Shown here piece after piece: positions 58,445-64,000 of a stretch of 64,000 nucleotides of DNA (its first letter is position 1; each line of letters opens with the position of its first letter). Source of the DNA: Candidatus Hermodarchaeota archaeon (GTDB taxonomy: Archaea; Asgardarchaeota; Lokiarchaeia; Sigyniarchaeales; SOKP01); assembly GCA_048885525.1 (NCBI GenBank), contig JBHLLP010000003.1:32001-96000 (forward strand). The letters are read 5' to 3'. The translations under genes and the position numbers were made by a program. The notes under the pieces are model-generated. The model saw only the letters and a program-made list of their open reading frames with translations. It had not been told where the DNA came from and did no database searches.

Positions 58445-58765
58445 ATGTCAATTCAGCACGCAAAACAAAGAATAGTCAAAGATATTACAATTAATGATGA
58501 ACGAATCCAAGTTACTGGGTTCATTAAAACTAGAGTTAATGAAAGTCAAATAATTCTAAATGATGAAACTGGGGAAATAAAAGTTAACATCTTAAGGATT
58601 GAGAATTTTGATTTTAAGGAGAATGATTTAATTAATGTTATTGGAGATCTAGAACTTCAATCTACAGGAGAAAAACTGATTAACGCAGATATAATTCAAG
58701 ATATGAATAAATTGAATTTTAAATACTATCAAAAATTGTATCAGCTTAAAAAGGACCTTGATTAA
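58445..58765 (+). CDS. Single OB-fold protein (RPA small-subunit-like)
   Basis: RI.VTG, IL.D.TG.I.V, D.I.VIG, I.A.IIQD, C-terminal helix; divergent from PCNA. Confidence 0.7.
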   Translation: MSIQHAKQRIVKDITINDERIQVTGFIKTRVNESQIILNDETGEIKVNILRIENFDFKENDLINVIGDLELQSTGEKLINADIIQDMNKLNFKYYQKLYQLKKDLD

Positions 58766-58788
58766 GATATAAATTTTTAAAGGTTGGT

Positions 58789-59158
58789 TTATCGATCTAA
58801 AAATTTTTGTATTTCAAGGGTGTACCCATTAGGATCTTTTAAGAAAAAATGATAAATGTTGAATTTATGATTCATTTTAGGTTTATCTTTAATTTCTAGC
58901 CCTAATTTGATAAATTTATTATAAGTTTCATCTACATTATCCGCTATGAAAGTGATTATTGGACTTTTCTCTTTATAGATCAAATCCATATGCTCACAAA
59001 AAACCAATTTTACTTTGTTTATTAACATCGAATATCAAAAAAATAACTTGGTCTTTATACAAGGTTAAGCCTATGATATTTTGATAAAAATTAGCTGTTT
59101 TTTCATGATCTTTAGTTCCCAAAAAAGTGATAAGTTGCTTAAATTTCATAAAACTCAT
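58789..59158 (-). pseudogene. VOC/glyoxalase-family gene split by a 1-nt frameshift in a T6 tract
   Basis: 5' part 59158..58994 reads MSFMKFKQLITFLGTKDHEKTANFYQNIIGLTLYKDQ...SKIGFL*. Removing one T at 58998-59003 joins it to CEHM...HFFLKDPNGYTLEIQ. Confidence 0.8.
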
Positions 59159-59311
59159 TCTTTAAAAATTGGTTATTGGATATAGCTAAAATTTTCAAAC
59201 GATTTCACATTCATATAAAAATTTTATATAGTTTTATAATTAGGATAAAATTTTTTAAAGTTTAATATTTTTAAAAGTTAATTTTTTCAAATTTATTGGT
59301 TAATAATCAAT

Positions 59312-59647
59312 ATGGTGGAATTTTGTCCTAAATGTTCAAATCTTTTACGTAAAAGAAGAATAGATGACAAATTATTTTTAATATGTAAATGTGGTTATCA
59401 AAAGGAGTCATTAACAGATAATTACATAATAGAAAATCGTATCCAAGAGAAGAAGGACGAATTAGAAAAGAATTTACTAATTATTTCGGAAGAAGATAAA
59501 ATTATGGTACATCCTATAACAAAAAAAAATTGTCCTAAGTGTAATAACAAAGAAGCTGAAACCTGGCAAATCCAAATAAGAAGTTCTGATGAACCAAGCA
59601 CTCACTTCTTTAAATGTATTAAATGTAAACATACATGGCGTGAATAA
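59312..59647 (+). CDS. tfs: Transcription factor S (TFS, RPB9/TFIIS-like)
   Basis: FCPKC...C.CGY and CPKC...QIRSSDEP.T.FF.C..C...WRE with the catalytic DE intact. Confidence 0.93.
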   Translation: MVEFCPKCSNLLRKRRIDDKLFLICKCGYQKESLTDNYIIENRIQEKKDELEKNLLIISEEDKIMVHPITKKNCPKCNNKEAETWQIQIRSSDEPSTHFFKCIKCKHTWRE

Positions 59648-59784
59648 TTTCTCATTTTATTAGGAACCAAATGTCCATTTAAATATATTAATAACTCTCA
59701 TTTTAGAAAAAGATTAAAAATTTTATTAATTCTGGGATATAACATCAAATTATTCTAATTTACTCTAATTTTCTACAGAATTGT

Positions 59785-60918
59785 ATGAAACGTTTAAAAA
59801 GCCTCGATACGTTTCGAGGATTAGCAATGTTATATATGTTAGTAGGGCACTTGATTACATGGTGGCCAGTTCCTGAAATAAAAGTTATTATGATGAGTTT
59901 TTATATTTCCATTCTTTCTCCATTAGGTGCCGCAGGATTTACTTTCACATCCGGAATAAGTACTTTTATATCTTATAGAAATCGGCTTATAAAAGTAGAA
60001 AAACTTGATAATTATAACCTTTCTCAAGTAAAATATGAATACTTATTTAGAGCATTGTTTATAATAATTCTTGGTTTAATTTATAATATATTTGTGGCAA
60101 TATTATACATGGATCCCTTACAAATTTGGGCGTGGTTCATATTATTAACTTTAGGAGTATGTCTATTAATATCATGGCCATTATTAAAGACATCAAAAAT
60201 ATTTAGATTAGTCCTTGGAGCGTTAATTTGGATATTTAATCAGATATTTTTAATTTTATTAACTCCATTTGAAGGGCAATTCAACTTATTCGGTTTTTTA
60301 TATCATGGTTTATATCATCCTATAGACCAAAACATTATTTTGTCATTTTTACCATTTTTTTTAGTTGGAACAGTTATAGGTGACATAATCTATGACCTTT
60401 CTCTCATTGATAATGATTTAGAAAAGAGGAAATCTGTAAAAACTAAGCTTTTATATCCCTTTATGTTAATAGGCACCATTTTAATTGTGATTGGGTTTTA
60501 CTTTTTGTATCCTTCTTTATTTACAGAAAAAGTTTTATCAATAAAATCAAATATATGGTGGTTAATGTATTCTTTAGGGATTGAAGTAATCTTAGTTTCT
60601 GTGTTCATTACTGTTGAAACTTATGAAATTTTTAAACCAGAAAAAAGTTATAGATTTTTATATTATTTTTCTTACTATTCTCTAACTGTTTTTTTATTAC
60701 AGAATATTAATTACTTCTTTTTTTATCAATCCTTATATTTTTATAATATTTGGTTTTATATTCTAATAACAGTTATAATCTATGGGCTTTTTTTGAGGTT
60801 TGCTTATAATAAATGGGGACTAAAATTTTCTTTGAAGATACAGATCGGGAGGTTGGCCTCTGGAGCAACCGAAAAGGTTATGAATAGATCTAGGAAAAAT
60901 TTGAGTAAAATATCTTAA
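59785..60918 (+). CDS. DUF1624/HGSNAT-like polytopic membrane acyltransferase-family protein
   Basis: RL.SLD.FRGLAM..M...H, F.F.SG.S, about 10 TM helices, YSL..F. Confidence 0.75.
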   Translation: MKRLKSLDTFRGLAMLYMLVGHLITWWPVPEIKVIMMSFYISILSPLGAAGFTFTSGISTFISYRNRLIKVEKLDNYNLSQVKYEYLFRALFIIILGLIYNIFVAILYMDPLQIWAWFILLTLGVCLLISWPLLKTSKIFRLVLGALIWIFNQIFLILLTPFEGQFNLFGFLYHGLYHPIDQNIILSFLPFFLVGTVIGDIIYDLSLIDNDLEKRKSVKTKLLYPFMLIGTILIVIGFYFLYPSLFTEKVLSIKSNIWWLMYSLGIEVILVSVFITVETYEIFKPEKSYRFLYYFSYYSLTVFLLQNINYFFFYQSLYFYNIWFYILITVIIYGLFLRFAYNKWGLKFSLKIQIGRLASGATEKVMNRSRKNLSKIS

Positions 60919-60983
60919 TTCAGATTAAATAATTGTATTTTATATGCCTTTCTATTTTAAAATTTAGAGAATAAATAATCTCT

Positions 60984-61187
60984 TTAAGAAAGAACTTCTA
61001 GAATCTTAGTAAGAATTCTTGCTTTACCACCTGTAGATTGAAGTAAAGTTTTCCCACACACTAAGCATTCTACATCTGTGGCAGAACAACCAAATATGAT
61101 TTGTTGATTTCCACAGTTTAAACATTTAACGCGTAAAAACCTGCTTTTTGGTTGTGGAATAAGTTCTTTCTCTTTTTTATTAGTCAT
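60984..61187 (-). CDS. rps27e: Ribosomal protein eS27
   Basis: [14 protein letters not shown]......V.C..CG..L...TGGKA. Confidence 0.97.
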   Translation of the reverse strand: MTNKKEKELIPQPKSRFLRVKCLNCGNQQIIFGCSATDVECLVCGKTLLQSTGGKARILTKILEVLS

Positions 61188-61201
61188 AAGTATTCACATT
61201 T

Positions 61202-61483
61202 TTATACTTCAGTTAATTCAAGGCGCTTAACGCGATATGATTTAGCATATTGTTTTTTACCGCATTCAGTACATTCTAATAATGGAGTTGATTTCCTATT
61301 TAATTTTGCATTTTTATGGAAAATCTCCTTAGGAAATGAGCCGTATCCCGCCTTTTTCCTTTCTAATCTTCTCCTTCCATGATTGAGCATTCTTTCCTTC
61401 CCTTTTTTATAAAGCGAGACACTTTGCCTCGTATGTGATCTACAAGATGGACAATAACGGTTGACTGTTTTAGGGTACTTCAT
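61202..61483 (-). CDS. rpl44e: Ribosomal protein eL42 (L44e)
   Basis: PK....YCP.C..HT...V..YK.G, G.RR..RK..GYG, L.C.ECG. Confidence 0.96.
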   Translation of the reverse strand: MKYPKTVNRYCPSCRSHTRQSVSLYKKGKERMLNHGRRRLERKKAGYGSFPKEIFHKNAKLNRKSTPLLECTECGKKQYAKSYRVKRLELTEV

Positions 61484-61644
61484 TTATCAGTAATCAACAA
61501 TTTTAAGTATATTTTTAGTAATTATTTATAAATTTTAAATTTTATTAGTTCAGATGGTTCTTTTTGTATAGCCATGGTGTAATAAAAAATAATTTAAATC
61601 TTATTTACATAATGTTAATAAAAACATAATGAATGAGGTTTTAA

Positions 61645-62562
61645 ATGTTCAAAGAGAAATTTAGTGAAGGAATAATTAGTGCTAAGCAATTTGATAGAGA
61701 AGATATTGAATATATTTTGAAAAAGGGGAAGGAAATGATTAATACTAAAAATTCAAATCTTCTTCAAGGAAAAATCTTAGCAACATTATTTTTTGAACCT
61801 TCTACTCGTACTCGTCTAAGTTTTGAATCTGCAATGTATAGATTAGGCGGAAATGTAATCGGATTCCATTCAGGAGATGTTTCTTCAATTAAAAAAGGTG
61901 AGAGTATTGCTGATACTATAAGAACAGTAGAAAATTATAGCGATTGTATAGTAATGAGACATTCGCTTGAAGGTGCTGCGAAGATGGCAGCGAAATTTAC
62001 GAGAATTCCGATTATTAATGCTGGTTCTGGAAGTGGAGAACATCCTACTCAAGCATTATTAGATTTATTGACAATAACAGAAGAATTAGGTCAATTAGAC
62101 GGATTGAATATAGGATTAATGGGTGATTTAAAATACGGTAGAACCGTACATTCACTAGCAATACTTTTATCAAATTTTGAAGTTAATATTTATTTCATAA
62201 GTCCAGTAGAATTAAAAATGAGAAATAGGGATAAAGATTTTTTACAGCAACGACATGTTAAATACAAAGAGATTACAGATTACAGGAAAATATTGAACAT
62301 TTTAGATGTTCTTTATATGACGAGAATTCAAAAAGAAAGGTTTGTTGATTCAGAAGAGTATGAAAGAATTAAAGGTTTTTACATATTTCAACAGGAAGAT
62401 CTTAAAGAAACAAAAGATGATTTTAAGTTATTACATCCATTACCAAGAATCACAGAGATTTCTCCTGATGTTGATAATTCAGAAAAAGCAGTTTACTTTA
62501 AACAAACTTTCTATGGAATTCCAATGAGGAAGGCACTCCTAGCGGAATTATTGACAGAATAA
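61645..62562 (+). CDS. pyrB: Aspartate carbamoyltransferase catalytic subunit
   Basis: FFEPSTRTRLSFE, KGES, HPTQ, GDLKYGRTVHSL, TRIQKER, HPLPR. Confidence 0.98.
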   Translation: MFKEKFSEGIISAKQFDREDIEYILKKGKEMINTKNSNLLQGKILATLFFEPSTRTRLSFESAMYRLGGNVIGFHSGDVSSIKKGESIADTIRTVENYSDCIVMRHSLEGAAKMAAKFTRIPIINAGSGSGEHPTQALLDLLTITEELGQLDGLNIGLMGDLKYGRTVHSLAILLSNFEVNIYFISPVELKMRNRDKDFLQQRHVKYKEITDYRKILNILDVLYMTRIQKERFVDSEEYERIKGFYIFQQEDLKETKDDFKLLHPLPRITEISPDVDNSEKAVYFKQTFYGIPMRKALLAELLTE

Positions 62563-62580
62563 TTTCTGAAATTCTATTTC

Positions 62581-63999
62581 TTAGATTAAGCATTCACTTA
62601 AAGAAATTGTACCTATTTTCGAATGAAATAACGTTTGTATAAATTTTTGAAACGACATTTCTTTTGGTTTTTTTTCAATAAATAAAGTCCCACCATTAAA
62701 AATTTCATCAAATTTTTTGATTAAAGTAATTCTTCTAAGCAGGGAAAGATTTGATTCTCTTCTGATTATCCTTGTGGAATATGCATTAATCTTTGGATTA
62801 GTTTTTACCATATTATTATACCAACAGTCCTTTAAATAGGTATCTTTATGAGGTTGACTTAGGATATAATTACTATTCTCAGCTTGATTTTTCTCATCGA
62901 TAATTTTTCTCATTAAAATTAAGATTTTTAATGCGAAATCTTCGCTATTTTCTGTTCTGTCAAGTTCTATTCCACAATGGTTTAAAATTGCTTCATTTAA
63001 ACCAAAAAAGCTAATGGATTTTATTGCATCTTTAAATATTTCAATCGAACTTTTGTTATAAATCCTTGTAGCTATGGATTCCCATTGTTTAAGAGAATTT
63101 AATTTCTTTTGTACCAATGACTCCTTAAATTTAAACAATTCGAATACAGAGTTTAATTTATGTTGTAATAGATCGAAAAATAAATCGTCATTTTGCTTTG
63201 CTTCTACTGAAATCAAGTGTAAATTAACTAAAATCTTATCTAAAATAACTATATCATTCTTGGGATTTTGTATCTGAATTAGAGATGAATTTAATAGACT
63301 AGAATAATCCTTATTGTAAATAATTAGCTGATCTTTATTATCATTACTGAGAAGATTTTTTATGATAAAGCTACTCAAATCTGATGAAAAAATTTTAGAA
63401 CACTCAAAAATAAGTAGTGGTTTTATGTGATTATTCTTCTGTTTTTTTAAAGAATTAAGAAAAATTTTATCTAATTTAATTTGATTTAAAAATTCCTCTG
63501 ATGATTTTTCATTGTAATTAAACTCTAATGATAAATGTGATTTACCATCATTATAGAGGGTATTAAATACGAGAATTTGAGAAGTAAAGAAATTATAATT
63601 GGATGATTGTATTTCTGGGAATTCTAAATAAGGAATAAATTGAGTATTAAAATCACTCAGAAGTAAATCCTCAGAATAAAACTGTTTTAATTTTTGTAGT
63701 AAATCTAAAAAATTCATGATTAAACTTGTATATTCTGTAGCATTTTTAATTCTCTGTGGCTCATTTGAATAAATTTTTGAAAGATAATTAATCAAGGTTT
63801 TTGAATTTATATACAAACTTAATGGTCTTAAACCCCAGTAATTTAAATGAAGTAAAGCAATTTCTCCCGTTAAATATAAATCTGCCAGGTTTTTTGGTAA
63901 GAGGTTTAAAAGTAAAAATTGCTCTGAAACGTCAGAACCTAATTTTTTAATAAATTCTTCTGGAGTAATCTCAGAATTTTTCGAATTAAATAGTTTAAA
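62581..63999 (-). CDS. Degenerate class III (anaerobic) ribonucleotide reductase NrdD-like protein; 5'-partial
   Basis: The frame is open from the window edge: LLNLLPKNLADLYLTGEIALLHLNYWGLRP, DFN...IPYL, VNL, ISFFGLNEA, FALKIL, FNGG. No C-terminal CxxC or RxxGY. Confidence 0.7.
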   Translation of the reverse strand, partial: FKLFNSKNSEITPEEFIKKLGSDVSEQFLLLNLLPKNLADLYLTGEIALLHLNYWGLRPLSLYINSKTLINYLSKIYSNEPQRIKNATEYTSLIMNFLDLLQKLKQFYSEDLLLSDFNTQFIPYLEFPEIQSSNYNFFTSQILVFNTLYNDGKSHLSLEFNYNEKSSEEFLNQIKLDKIFLNSLKKQKNNHIKPLLIFECSKIFSSDLSSFIIKNLLSNDNKDQLIIYNKDYSSLLNSSLIQIQNPKNDIVILDKILVNLHLISVEAKQNDDLFFDLLQHKLNSVFELFKFKESLVQKKLNSLKQWESIATRIYNKSSIEIFKDAIKSISFFGLNEAILNHCGIELDRTENSEDFALKILILMRKIIDEKNQAENSNYILSQPHKDTYLKDCWYNNMVKTNPKINAYSTRIIRRESNLSLLRRITLIKKFDEIFNGGTLFIEKKPKEMSFQKFIQTLFHSKIGTISLSECLI

Positions 64000-64000
64000 T

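Overview
Gene-dense, very AT-rich archaeal chromosomal window. The gene set (archaeal information genes, several Arf/Rab-like small GTPases, bacterial-type UvrAB, an EF-2 lacking the diphthamide HRG motif) points to an Asgard archaeon, most likely Lokiarchaeia; this is inferred from gene content only. About two thirds is housekeeping: acs, tfb, taw1, EF-2, cca, aIF5B, uvrAB, aglB, truA, rfcS, eno, csl4, rpoL, EF-1alpha, aIF2alpha, nop10, GINS, priS/priL, PCNA, TFS, rps27e/rpl44e, pyrB. I saw no tRNA, rRNA, CRISPR array or transposase. The best candidates for undescribed biology are: (1) a CoA-transferase-fold domain lacking its catalytic Glu fused to a Pat-type GNAT, encoded head-to-head with acetyl-CoA synthetase, suggesting a new acyl-CoA-sensing lysine-acetylation switch; (2) a 6-18 kb block with a multidomain Arf-like GTPase, a 1086-aa pseudo-GTPase/alpha-solenoid protein, a tandem paralog pair and Zn-ribbon membrane proteins; (3) further remodelled enzymes: an inactive-looking class III RNR homolog, Taw1 with an inserted winged-helix-like segment, AglB with five Ig-like repeats, and an EF-2 paralog; (4) an Arf-like GTPase whose P-loop has no normal start codon unless an in-frame TGA is read through. 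All family calls come from motif recognition by eye; no database search was run.
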